A DNA stretch of 64,000 bases from Dipteris shenzhenensis (taxonomy: Eukaryota). The translations under genes were made by a program, and so were the position numbers. The notes under the pieces were generated by a model that worked only from the letters and a program-made list of their open reading frames with translations, ran no database searches and had not been told where the DNA came from. The stretch lies in assembly GCA_047967505.1 (NCBI GenBank), contig CM106538.1; one strand, written 5' to 3'. Shown in pieces: positions 27,905-39,309 of this stretch (position 1 is its first letter; every line of letters begins with the position of its first letter).

Positions 27905-28160
27905 TAAGATTACCCCACAAGAACACTTTCTGTTCTTGAAAACATGAAAGCGGTTAGCATCTCTGACGAGGCTATACTTTGGATATAAGCGCTTTAGCTG
28001 AATGGCAGTCTCTGCAGACCTGAAGATTATTTACAACATCTATGGGTACCCATTGGTGTATTAATCAGATAGCCAACTTGTCACTGTGCCCACATAACTC
28101 AAATTCCTCTAGATTATCATATATGTCCTGGGATAGCCAATGCAACTCTGGCTTCTTCCC
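27905..28160 (-). pseudogene. Frameshifted/decayed DYW deaminase domain belonging to the PPR gene
   Basis: Alternative frames read KPELHWLSQDIYDNLEEFELCGHSDKLAI / LINTPMGT / IDVVK / NLQVCRDCHSAKALISKV* / LVRDANRFHVFKNRKCSCG. HSD at 28080-28088, CRDC at 28005-28016, CSCG at 27914-27925. Confidence 0.9.
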
Positions 28161-30477
28161 TTAATTTGAAAGAAAGATCTTCTAGCTTTGCATATATATT
28201 ATTGGTTTTGGAATGTCCTGTATCCCCTACCAAAGATGAATGCACAATTCCGCTAACATCATTCCAACTCTGTTCTGGCTTCTTCCGTGCTTGTCCTTTT
28301 AATCTCGTTAACTCAACCTGCTTAGCGCCCTCCTGCATGCGAGCCTCTGCATAGATGTTAGACATCAAGACATAAGCTGCAGCATCCGTTTTATCCAATT
28401 CCACTGCATGTTCAAAGGCCCACCTTCCAAGCTCCAGATTCCCCCACTTCTGACAAGCACCCAACACAGTATGCCACAGCATGAGATTAGGACTGAGCGG
28501 CATCTTCTTTATCATCACTACTGCCTTGTCTAATTGGCCTGCACGGCCAAGGAGATCAACCATGCAATTGTGGTGCTCAATATTTGGAGTGATGCCATAG
28601 TCTTTGCTCATGGACTCAAAGTATGTCTGGCCCTTCTCCAGTAGACCTGTGTGACTGCATACACGAAGAATGCTAAGGAATGTGACCCCATCTGGTTTTA
28701 TGTCTTCTGCTCTCATTCTGTCAAGCATAACAAAAGCCTTCTCACTCTCTCCTAGCTGGGCATACCCTGCAATAAGTGCAGTCCACGAGACTGCATCTCG
28801 AACTGGAAGTTTGTCAAAAACTTCCTGTGCTTTTGCAAGCAAGCCACAATTGGCATACATATCAACCAAGGTATTAGCAACAAAAGGATCTCTTTCACAC
28901 AACCCCTTTCTCGCAATCTCAGCATGTATTTCTCGGCCCTTGTCTATGGCTCCTATGCTGCCACAAGCCTTCAAGCTGCAAACAAATGTGACCGCATCAG
29001 GAAAGACACCCTCCAATTGCATCTGTTCGAAACAGTTAAGCGCGTCCTGACCAAGGTCATGTTCAGCATACCCTGCAATAAGTGCATTCCAGGAGACTGC
29101 ATTTCGAATTGGAAGTTTGTCGAACACTTCCTGTGCATTTGCAAGCAAGCCACACTTGGCATACATATCGACCAAGATGCTACCAACAAAAGGATTTCTT
29201 TCCAACAACCCCATTCTCATAATCTCAGCATGTATTTCTCGGCCCTTGTCTATGGCTCCTACGCTGCCACAAGCCTTCAAGCTACAAATATATGTGACCG
29301 CATCAGGGGAGACACCGTCCAATTGCATCTGTTCGAAACACTTCAGCGCGTTCTGACCAAGGTCATGTTCAGCATACCCTGCGATAAGTGCAGTCCATGA
29401 GACTGCATCTCGAACTGGAAGTTTGTCAAACACTTCCTGTGCTTTTGCAAGCAAGCCACACTTGGCATACATATCAACCAAGGTGTTACCAACAAAAGGA
29501 TATCTTTCCAACAACCCCTTTCGTGCAATCTGAGCATGTATGTCTTGGCCCGTGTCTATGTCTCCTAAGCTGCCACAAGCCTTTAAGCTGCAAATAAATG
29601 TGACCGCACTTGGCGAGACGCCCTCCAATTGCATCTGTTTGAAACAGTTCAGTGCGTCCTGACCAAGGTCATGTTCAGCATACCCTGCAATAATTGCATT
29701 CCACGAGACTGCATTTCGCATTGGAAGTTTGTTAAACACTTCCTGTGCTGTTGCAAGCAAGCCACACTTGGCATACATATCGACTAAAGTGCTACCAACA
29801 AAAGGATTACTTTCCAACAACCCCATTCTCGTAATCTCAGCATGTATTTCTCGGCCTCTTTCTTTATCTTTCAGCCTGGCACAAGCCTTTAGTAAGGCCA
29901 CGAACGTATACTCACTAGGATGTACACAATCCTCCTGCATTTTTTGGTGCAGTATGAAGGCATGCTGTAACTCCCCACATTTAATATAACCTGTGATGAG
30001 AGAAGTCCAGGAATGCTCATTCCGATTAACCAACCTATCAAAAACCTGCTGGGCATCACACATGCTTCCAATTTCCACTAGCATTGGGACGACATAGTTA
30101 CCGAGTGACTTATGAGCTTCCAGCCCACTTTTGCGCAGGTAGGCATGCAAGCGCAGGGCATACGCTGGACTTTTGTGTTTTCTGCACTTGCACAAGATGC
30201 ATGTCAAGCTTTCAACCGAAGGCGGATGGGACATGTGTTCCAAAGAAGCGAGTGCCTCCTCTAAGCTAAGCTCTGGCAGCTGTGCTATGGGGCTGTGCAT
30301 GGCGTTGTTTGCAGTCTCCATTTTCTGGAGCGTGCCTTCAACCCAACTGGGATCGTGTATCCATAGCGACTCCTTGGTAAGTTTCTTGGGTGTGTCTGCT
30401 ACAGAAATACAGCAAAGGCCCAATCTATAGCTTGAGTTCAGCTCGTCATACACGAACTTTGTTGTTTCGATTGTCAA
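28117..30477 (-). CDS. PLS-class pentatricopeptide repeat protein (E1-E2-E+, no in-frame DYW), putative organellar RNA-editing factor; real start may be the ATG near 30322 or an upstream exon
   Basis: 786-aa open frame with P-L-S triplets (LVDMYAKCG...A.EVF.KLP.R.AVSW.ALIAGY), the terminal HNCMVDLLGRAGQL motif, E1/E2 (WHTVLGACQKWGNLELG...AAYVLMSNIYA) and a PG-box-like KKPEQSW...VHSSLVGD. Confidence 0.95.
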   Translation of the reverse strand: MTIETTKFVYDELNSSYRLGLCCISVADTPKKLTKESLWIHDPSWVEGTLQKMETANNAMHSPIAQLPELSLEEALASLEHMSHPPSVESLTCILCKCRKHKSPAYALRLHAYLRKSGLEAHKSLGNYVVPMLVEIGSMCDAQQVFDRLVNRNEHSWTSLITGYIKCGELQHAFILHQKMQEDCVHPSEYTFVALLKACARLKDKERGREIHAEITRMGLLESNPFVGSTLVDMYAKCGLLATAQEVFNKLPMRNAVSWNAIIAGYAEHDLGQDALNCFKQMQLEGVSPSAVTFICSLKACGSLGDIDTGQDIHAQIARKGLLERYPFVGNTLVDMYAKCGLLAKAQEVFDKLPVRDAVSWTALIAGYAEHDLGQNALKCFEQMQLDGVSPDAVTYICSLKACGSVGAIDKGREIHAEIMRMGLLERNPFVGSILVDMYAKCGLLANAQEVFDKLPIRNAVSWNALIAGYAEHDLGQDALNCFEQMQLEGVFPDAVTFVCSLKACGSIGAIDKGREIHAEIARKGLCERDPFVANTLVDMYANCGLLAKAQEVFDKLPVRDAVSWTALIAGYAQLGESEKAFVMLDRMRAEDIKPDGVTFLSILRVCSHTGLLEKGQTYFESMSKDYGITPNIEHHNCMVDLLGRAGQLDKAVVMIKKMPLSPNLMLWHTVLGACQKWGNLELGRWAFEHAVELDKTDAAAYVLMSNIYAEARMQEGAKQVELTRLKGQARKKPEQSWNDVSGIVHSSLVGDTGHSKTNNIYAKLEDLSFKLREEARVALAIPGHI

Positions 30478-30747
30478 ACCACTGGGAAGCGCTCAGTACT
30501 TAATTTAACTGCGTTTGCAGAATTGTATGGGTGTCGCTTTATATGGTACAGTGGGGGAGGCTGGGAATGGACCAAAAACTAAAGCATTGGCACATGGCCC
30601 TGTGAGACGACAGACAGACAACATGCGAAATCAAATGGAATAAAGAAACAAGAAAACAAGAACTCCGTAGTGTATTAGATGTACAAATTTTAATGCAAAG
30701 GGAGAACTCATCCATGGAAGAGTAGGAAGTCATGCCATACATGATAG

Positions 30748-30748
30748 A

Positions 30749-30779
<31 letters not shown>

Positions 30780-30922
30780 ATTCTAATTTATTGGTATGTG
30801 TGTACGCGTGTGTGTATCTTTGTGTGTGTTTGTTAGCACTCTTCCAGGCAGCTCTCTACTTAGAGTTTTGTTAAAAAGTGTCCCACACACTTTGTTGCCA
30901 AGTGGCCCCCTTCTATTTTGAT

Positions 30923-30954
<32 letters not shown>

Positions 30955-30966
30955 GCACGCACGCGC
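30748..30966. repeat. (CT)n/(CA)n microsatellites upstream of the PPR gene
   Basis: CT runs at ~30748-30775 and ~30923-30942, followed by CA repeats. Confidence 0.9.
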
Positions 30967-31096
30967 ACCAGACTTTGCAAATTTCTTTGCATTTGTAAGC
31001 GCTTGCATCGTCCACAATCATTTGCATCTGGCAGAACTTAAGGCAGTGCTCATGAGTACTTGTACTCACTTGTTCTCCTATATAAACACAAAATCT

Positions 31097-32120
31097 TTAA
31101 ACTCTAAAAAACATAAGTCCACACAGCACAAGATAGACACTAACTACATGAGTGATATCATACTGTGTATCATCACCAGTGCATTCATGCCCATGATCGC
31201 TAGGAATCACCTCATCAAACGATTCCTCATGAGATGTCATGTGGTTAGATGCTCCTGAGTCAATGTACCAAACATCTTCCAAACCAGCATCATTAGACTT
31301 ATGACCTTGCATGTGTTTCATGGCAAATAACTTATCTAAGGATCCCTCATTTGCATTACTAGAGGAAGCATAATGTCCCTCCTAATTTGATTTTGCCCTT
31401 TGATTTGCTTGCTTTTTGAAGCAATCCTTAGCAATGTGACCAATTTTCCCACAATAGTGACATTCTTTATTCCTATTTGATTGATCAACATGTTGTAAAG
31501 GTTGCTGCCATGCACCGCTACCTCTAGATCCATATCTCCCCCTTGCTTGGAACCATTCTCTGCCTCTTTGAATTTGTGCATTTTGATTTCCCCAGCTTTG
31601 GTTCTGATTCTATGAATAAGATGCATTCCTAAAATCACCTCGACGATGAGATGAGCATCTTCCTCTTCCACCTCTAGCTCTCTTATTAGAGTAAAACACA
31701 GCATCTCTACTCTTTGAACTACTAGAGCCACTGTTCAATACAAGCTTAACTTCCTCATGAATCAAGAGAGCAACCAGCTCATTAAAATCTGGCATATCCT
31801 TCCTCACTGAAATAGACGTATCAAAGGAGTTATATTTAGGTCCAAGACCATGAAGAGTCACTGCAACCATGCCATCCTTATCCACCGGTGCATTAATAGA
31901 TGCCAACTAATCTGTAGTGGTCTTTATCTCTATTACATATTCCGGTATACTTCTCCTAATTCTTGACATATTAAACTTTTACTTTAGATGAATCTTTCTA
32001 GCACTTGTAGTTGTGCCATAATACTTGGTTAAGATATCCCATGCATCCTTAGGTGATTTGCAATTCATAATTTGCATAATCATTGCATTTGAAATACATA
32101 TTGAAAACCAATGAAGCACC
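31097..32120 (-). mobile_element. Ty1/Copia gag-protease remnant
   Basis: KSPKDAWDIL; LASINAPVDKDGMVAVTLHGLGPKYNSF...DFNELVALLIHEE (gag); zinc knuckle CHYCGKIGHIAKDC; protease WYIDSGASNHMT. Truncated after the protease. Confidence 0.9.
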
Positions 32121-34130
32121 TTCGCTAGAGGCTCATGGAGCGGCACATCAATGGCCCTTCAACGGCTCAGCCCAGGCAACTCCTAGCTTCAACTATAAGT
32201 GTCTCATTAGCCCGGCAACTCCATTAACGGCAATGCCTTGATGGCAAACAACTTCTACCTACGGGAAAATGCCCATGCAAAGGGAATGACGAACTTTATC
32301 AAGGGGAAAACCCTAACCCTAAGGGGTTCACATGTATATCTTCATGTTCATTGAAAGTCCTCCAGCCTCGACCCTTGACTCAAGCTTCTACAATGGCGCC
32401 AATGAGAAGTGCCAATCCACGAGCCTCTAGCGACTCCTCAACAACCAACCAAGGTGCCAAATGACCGCCTCACGCAAACGATACGTGAAAACAAAATCCA
32501 AGCGATTGCGTTCGAAATCTAAAAGATTCTAGCAATTCTTATCTCCTCTAGTTTCTGACACATGGCACATGCACTATATCAACCTTGTTGCCATGTCATA
32601 GGCTCACCTTATCTCACTGTGCCACATGGCATGCTATTGCAACTACCACATCATCAGAGACCCGCAAGTGCCACATCAGCACCCCACATTACCACATCAG
32701 TAGACTATATGCCACATGATCCGTGACCAGATGAGTGCCACATCAGTAGCACCTGCTTGTTCCCACATCATCAATCCTACCATGTCATCATCCTACTGGC
32801 CCTATTGCCACTTCACTCGGGTTAATGTAACCATGGTTAGGTTTTAGTAGGGTTAAGCTTGCTGCCACATCTGCAGATCCAATCACCTGCCAACTCACCT
32901 TAGCTACCTAGTCAACAGCCCAATCATCCTGCCATGTCAATAGTGCTAGCCAAGCACACAAGCTCTCCATAGGCACACATTGAATTCAACATGTGACACC
33001 CTCTACCAATCACCCTCCAGGCCACATCATCATTTTTGGGCCGCCGTCTTGGGATCAAAATTTGGCCATCGTTCAGGGAGCCATAACTTTTGATCCAAAG
33101 GGAATTTTGTAATGCCCTAAAAAGAAAAATTGCTCACCAACTCGTGCTCTATGCATTAAGCACCTTAGATCTGCATTTTGGCATTTCCACAAGCCAGCAT
33201 CATTAAATCCTCATCATTGGAGCCACCTCCTAATCCACTGCGGCGCACCCAGCCCTTAAAATGAATCAAGATAGAGTTCATTTGCTGCATTTTGTGATTC
33301 GATGTGTAGTCTAGCTGTAGACTAGCACCGCCATAGAGGAGATCCAACTCCACTAAGCAAAGTTAGCCATTGCCACATTACCCCATTAGTTTCCACCCGC
33401 GTCAGTCCATGCGGTTCTATCATCGGTGTACACACTCATACATCTAACTAGCTCAGTCTTTTGGCATTTGACACTTCAGCACCTCAGTGTGACACTTGGT
33501 AGTGATCTCTACATCATTTGAAATAGATTACATCACCTCGCACATTGTTGTCAGTTCTTTTGGGTTGGTGACACCCTCGTATGTCACAACCAACCAGATT
33601 TGTTCTCCATCAACTAGCCTCACATCTAGATGCCTCTTCTTCAGAGTAGCTGCACAATCCACGGTGACTTATGACATGTTAAGTCTTGACATGTTTAGCA
33701 CACAGTTGTTCACGCAGTCATCTTTTGATCGACCAGTCTTTGATCCAGGTGGACTTGACTTTCTGCATATTTCCTTCCTCTTTCTTTTGGCCTATCTTTT
33801 GGGTTTTATTCCCAAAGGCAAAGGATGACCCACAACTTAAGAGGGGGAAATCCATGATATGTACAAGACCACATAAGTTGTACTCATTGTACATGCTTCC
33901 ACTACGTAATCACCGTGCTCACATACACACATACTACTCTAATTTCTTTTCATTTTTGGATGCTATCATATGCACCAAACAGGTCTTGTACATGCACCCT
34001 CTACTTACCCAATGCAATTGAAGAGGTGGTGTTAAAGATAGTGTAAATTGCACTTTCTACATAGGGCATAGGGGCAAACCCTAACCCTAAGTGGTTCACA
34101 CGTATATCTTCATGTTCATTGACAATACAC
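32120..34130 (+). mobile_element. Non-coding LTR-element-like insertion
   Basis: Direct repeat aaaccctaaccctaag.ggttcaca.gtatatcttcatgttcattga at ~32308-32354 and ~34076-34122. PPT-like ttaagaggggga at ~33837-33848. Segment ~33305-33440 resembles 53630-53740. Confidence 0.5.
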
Positions 34131-34159
34131 TTAGTGTACATGTAGCTATATCGTGTGCA

Positions 34160-34196
<37 letters not shown>

Positions 34197-34500
34197 TCTG
34201 CTATCATGATGCAGTTTTTGGTAGAGAACAATGTAGCGTCTAGAACAGATTGTCAAGACTAGGCAACACCCATCTCTAAAACAAGGAATGGTGGCATGTG
34301 GTGCGGATCGGTTGGCAATGTAGGAGCTCCATGAATCACGTGAAGGCATCTTCAAGAGCAGCTAGAACTAAGAACTGAAAGCTTAGGGAGCTACATGGCA
34401 ATGAGGATCACAAGTGAGCAGTAGCTCCTCCAATAGAGGTGAAAACCAACAATGGCAATGCTCAAAATGTGGATGCAAGTTGATCAGTTCAAAAATCCAA

Positions 34501-34520
34501 GCTTTGATATCATGTCAACA
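34501..34520 (-). other. tRNA-iMet primer-binding-site-like sequence marking an LTR-element junction that truncates the transposase
   Basis: Minus strand TGTTGACA-TGATATCAAAGC versus the canonical ...CA-TGGTATCAGAGC (2 mismatches). Confidence 0.5.
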
Positions 34521-37400
34521 AGTAAGGTGAGAATAAGGGAGAACTCCAAACATTTGCATCACGTTGTGCGAAGTCCAAACAAGTGCAACGTGGAAACTCC
34601 GCAATTGTCACAGCATAACTAACCTTCTTAGCTATTGAGCCTGGAGTCCGCACGTGAAACACATGTGACACATTTGGAACAATGATATCCTCTTTCAAAA
34701 CCTTGCCACTTTCTATCATTGCCTTCGCAATCCTTTCTTTGAATTCCTTAATTTAGATCTCCATCTCACAATCTTTCCATCACGATGACATGGACGTGCA
34801 TGGCTTACTGTGTTTCCTTGTTGCACTAGATCACCTTGCCCAACATCCTCAAGGACAAAGCTTGCTTTTATCAATTCAGCTCTCTCTTCAATACTTAGAG
34901 AGGTTCCCTCAGCAACCTTCCACACACCAGGTGAATCCCCTAGCACACCTTGAATAGATCGATCCACGTTCCAAGTATGGGTCACCGTTGTATTGCAAAA
35001 CCAGATAAATTGCTCTGTGATTCCATTTGGATGTTGTCTTCTACCTTTGAAGCATGGTGCAGGCACTCCATGATCACCCCTCTACCCTGTGCATTAATCA
35101 ACACCCCACACCTCCTTCACCTATCTTTCATGTACCCAAAGCATGTGACAACACTGTGTGGATCAGTTCTCCGTATTGCCCAATTGGCAACATGCACATC
35201 TGTCTCTTTACAAATTGGTTGACCTAAATGGCTTGCTATATTTGGCTTTCCTCTTTTACCAAGCACTCTATTTGTTGTAACTGTGATGTACTCAGGACAA
35301 TGACTGTCTAGTTCATGCTCCTCAGTAGGTAATCTTGAACCCCTCTTTCTTCTTGTTGTCAAGGGTTCAGTCATGGGTCTCTTCAACTCTGGAGAGTTCA
35401 ATCCATCCTCTTCTAGCACAACCTCTGTCAAATCCACAAGCTTATTTTGTTGTGCTCTACTTGAATTACCCTCAGAAACTCATCTTCGCAAAACCTCCAA
35501 ATCTGGTCTAGTCCCAGAGTGCTTTCCTAAAATGTATGCATGATAATGGGCACTTTGTAAAGCACTCATTGCAAGATCTGAAACTGAAGCTTCATATAGA
35601 GACACATATTTTTGCAACCCATGACCCGCTCTAATGCTAGAGTGCTTGTTCTCAAATAGATTTATTATAGGTACAGTCAATTCACCTTCCTTCACATGGG
35701 TAGGAGACCAAAATTTTCTAATCCTATTTTTCCATTCATTTGCTGCAGCATCTGTGTTTGCGTTTCTCCAACTTCGGCATAATGATTTGTGTTCCTCTTG
35801 AAACTGGGAGGTAATGCAGCATCTTGTGTGATCAACCATATTCATTTCCCAATGGAAAATACAAGTTCTCTCTTTTCCCTCCATTCTATTTTTCAGCCCT
35901 CCATTGTACACAGTCCTTACAGCCAACCAATTTGAACTAGCACTATCTACCATAAACCCTCGAAAGTCTAGTTTCTCAAATCCATTTTGCAACATTTGCT
36001 CATTTAACATGTGCCAAAATTGTACCTGTGCAACTGTGTTCTATACTTTAAACTCACATGTAGCAATGGTCAATAGCTCATGTATATAGGGGTCATATAT
36101 ATGAGCAGCCATAGTGGCCCACCCTTTAACACGTTGTATGTGATCAAAATGCACCCACATTTGACCAAGATTTCCCCCAGGCCTCATTTTATTAACAAGA
36201 TCTACTCCAAAGGTAGGGCCTATAGAGGACATTTTAAAAATATGAGGTTGACTCTTATCTTGTAGTTGGCTAGGAAACAATATACTTTGCAGGAAAGGAT
36301 AAGTACATCTCTTCTTCAAGGCAAGGATTGCATCCAAGCCTCCATCATCAATGGAAGAATTCTTTCTTGCACACTCAATAAATCTTTGAAGGCACCTCCG
36401 ATGGCACAAAGGGGTTATTGTTTCTAGCATTTCATTAAGCCTTGTCTCAGTTAATTCTTCATGCTTAGTGCCTTCATCAACAAGCAACATATCCATCAAT
36501 ATGTCTCTTGTAACTGTCATCTCAATGTTCTTATAGGATGCATTTGGAGACACCTTAGCACGCATCAAAACCATGTCCTCTACCTGTTGTCTTTTTTGCC
36601 TTGAGATCCCTTGTTCCACAGGGTGGTTGTGCATACCCATATGAATTGCGCATCTGGTAACTCTTTCACGGTCATGCGGGAGACAATAGTACATGATTGC
36701 AACATATGGTTCTACGCACTCTGGTGACTCACCACAATGCTTTCAAACTAATGTTCCTATCTCCTTGTTGAGTGGCCCTAGAGAGGGTGTCTTCTTTAGC
36801 TTGCCTTTCCACTGTGTTTCATTTACTAAACCAGTGCGCTCATTGTAAGCACAATCCACATTATAACACCTCAAATAACCTCCACATCTACAAAATCTTA
36901 CAACACCTCTAAAAAACTCTTGTGTGCTTGTCGTATACTCTGTCCAAATATGCCCATCACACCTCTGATCCATTCCTTTCATAGGAGAGCCTGAACTTAT
37001 GGGTGGTAGCTCAAACAAAACATATCCATCATATCTCACTGGAAGTTCTTGCACGACATGCATCGATTACGCACTTGAAAAGGGGACATGCAAAGAGCTA
37101 GACAATGGAAGCCTTTGCAAAATTGTAAGTACACTCACCTCTTCAATAGAAGTTGATGATGCACTTGACACTATTTTTCTTACGACCACCATGAAATGTT
37201 GATGGGTTCAGCCATCCAATCTGAACCCTTTCTCTCCCCCTTCCAAATCCACCAAAGGTTGACAAATAGTAACATCTTCAATTTCCATCTGTTGATGTAC
37301 TTGAATCTCTTAATCTCCAATGGCAAAATGGTCCTTAATGTCTATTAATGCAACCTCACAAGACTCAGTATCATATCTAATAGCAAGTGTTTGAGATTGC
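34510..37400 (-). mobile_element. Mutator-like (MULE-related) DDE transposase pseudogene, copy 1, with N-terminal WRKY/GCM1-like Zn region and C-terminal SWIM
   Basis: Colinear ORF pieces: DGHIW...CRCGGYLRCYNVDC...AIHMGMHNHP (Zn region); WVHFDHIQRVKGWAT (D1); FRGFMVDSASSNWLAVR (D2); CIFHW (CxxH); NLFENKH (E); YAVTIAEFPRCTCLDF (SWIM, cut before its final C-x-H). Several stops and frameshifts. Confidence 0.8.
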
Positions 37401-39309
37401 AGATATTTCAGTAGAATAGTTTGAGATGCCATTCTATTGTCTTAGATAGGAGAACATAAGTGCAAAGCCAGTAGAAGGTGACTAGAAGGGGAGGCCTTGG
37501 AGAAGGTGTTAAGAAATGGAGAACTTTGAGAATTGCAAAGCTACTAGTAGAAGGTGACGAGAAGTGGAGAAAGGTGACGAGAATTGCAAAGGTGGATACG
37601 AATTTATTCTGTGAACTTGTACATGACGCGCTATATTTATTAGTAGGAGAACAGTCCAAAAAAATGGACCAGTAGATGGTGCACATTGCCAGATACGTAT
37701 TAATTGTGTGAATCTCTGCCCATCACTTTGGACGTAGCCCACCACTCCTACAACTCATGCAATGAGCTACCAACTGATGATGTCGATATTGAAGCTCGAG
37801 AGTGTGAACAACTAACTTCATGTTAACTTCTATTATCATGCCAACTTCTAACTTCATTTTTATGATCTTGTAACTATCCATCAACAAAACTATGATCTTC
37901 TAACTTCACGCTAACTTCTAACCTCCTTCTAACTATCATGATAATGATCTAGCTTTCCATCAAGCTAACTTCTAACTTCATGCTAATAATTATGCCTAAC
38001 CGAGTGTTTTGCCTGACTGGAAGAACTAACCGAGTGCTACCGATAATCTAAAGCGGCTGCCATCTTCATGTAAAACTGACACTCCATCTGTCACTTTTCA
38101 TGAAAATCTGATGCTCCTAACTCAATGAAAACTGACGTATTCATGCTGAAAACTGTTAGTTCCATCTTTGCTCTCAAGCATCTTCGCTCTTCTCCCCTTC
38201 CCCCTCCTTTTTCCTCTTGCCATCGATCAAGCCAAGGAGTTAAATCTATGGTGCAGGTCCGCCTATTTACAAGCCAAGGAGTTTCGATGAAGTTAAATCT
38301 GTGGTGTAGGTCCGTGATAAACGATCATCTCTCTCAGCTCAATCTTTAGCTTAGTGATCATCTGCAAATCCTTGGCAAGATTACTTCCTCTCAAGTCTAC
38401 ACTTCCTCCGTCTTCTCCTTATGCTTGTTCATCGAGTGCTTTTAACTATTGTGGCGAAGCTTCTCTTCTCATTTGCTTGTTTATGTTACTTTCTCTCAGT
38501 CTTTGCTTTCATGCTCACTATCCATTTCTTCTATCGTAGCCGTGGCATCACCTCGTTGATACTTTTTGTACTGGAACGATCTCAAAAGAAGAGAACAGTT
38601 GGAAAGAATAGTTGGAAAACACAGAAGGCTCATGTGCTTTTGCTACCCACGCCGCTTTTCTCTGCTCTACCACATTTGCATGCATGCACTTTTCTTCCTT
38701 CTTTCTTCGCTCTCGACTTGAGGCTCGGCTTTGTAATCAAACATCCAATCCACCTGCATTTTCTTCACCTCATCCTTCCTCGGTGAGCACCTCCCGACTC
38801 TCTTTTCCCTCCTCTCTTCTCACTTCACTCCACACGCTCGAGCGCACACACAGCTTCCCATGTGCACCCTTAGCATTGCCTTCCTCACCTCGTTGGCCCT
38901 TGCATCTATCTCCTTGTAGCTTCTCACTCTCAACATCGCATTCCCTTCTTTGGCGGTGCCTTCCAGCTTCACCGCCTGTCTGCTTACGATTACCATCCTC
39001 CAGCTCTATCTAGCACTGACTCCCTCCTATAGTCTGCCGTCGTGGTGTCTATCATAGCCGGCCCCCTCGACATGGCGAAAGTAGAGTCTGAGACAACTTG
39101 CAGTTCTCTACTCCAGGAGTCGCAGGTGTGAGTTTTCTGTCCTTTCCAACTGTTCTCTTCTTCTGAGATTGTTCCAGTACAAAAAGTCACGGTCGAGCTG
39201 GGCATGTTCTCTTTGCTATCACCTCGTTGGCTAGTCAATGAATATGTTCTGTTTGTGGGTTTTAAACGAATGTGGTCTCAAAGTTTTCGGGCAGATGTTG
39301 CTGTCCTTT

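Noticed and set aside
28166-30430. Several + strand ORFs and alternate-frame ORFs over the PPR gene
   Set aside because: They are antisense or shadow frames of the repetitive PPR coding sequence, with no independent motifs.
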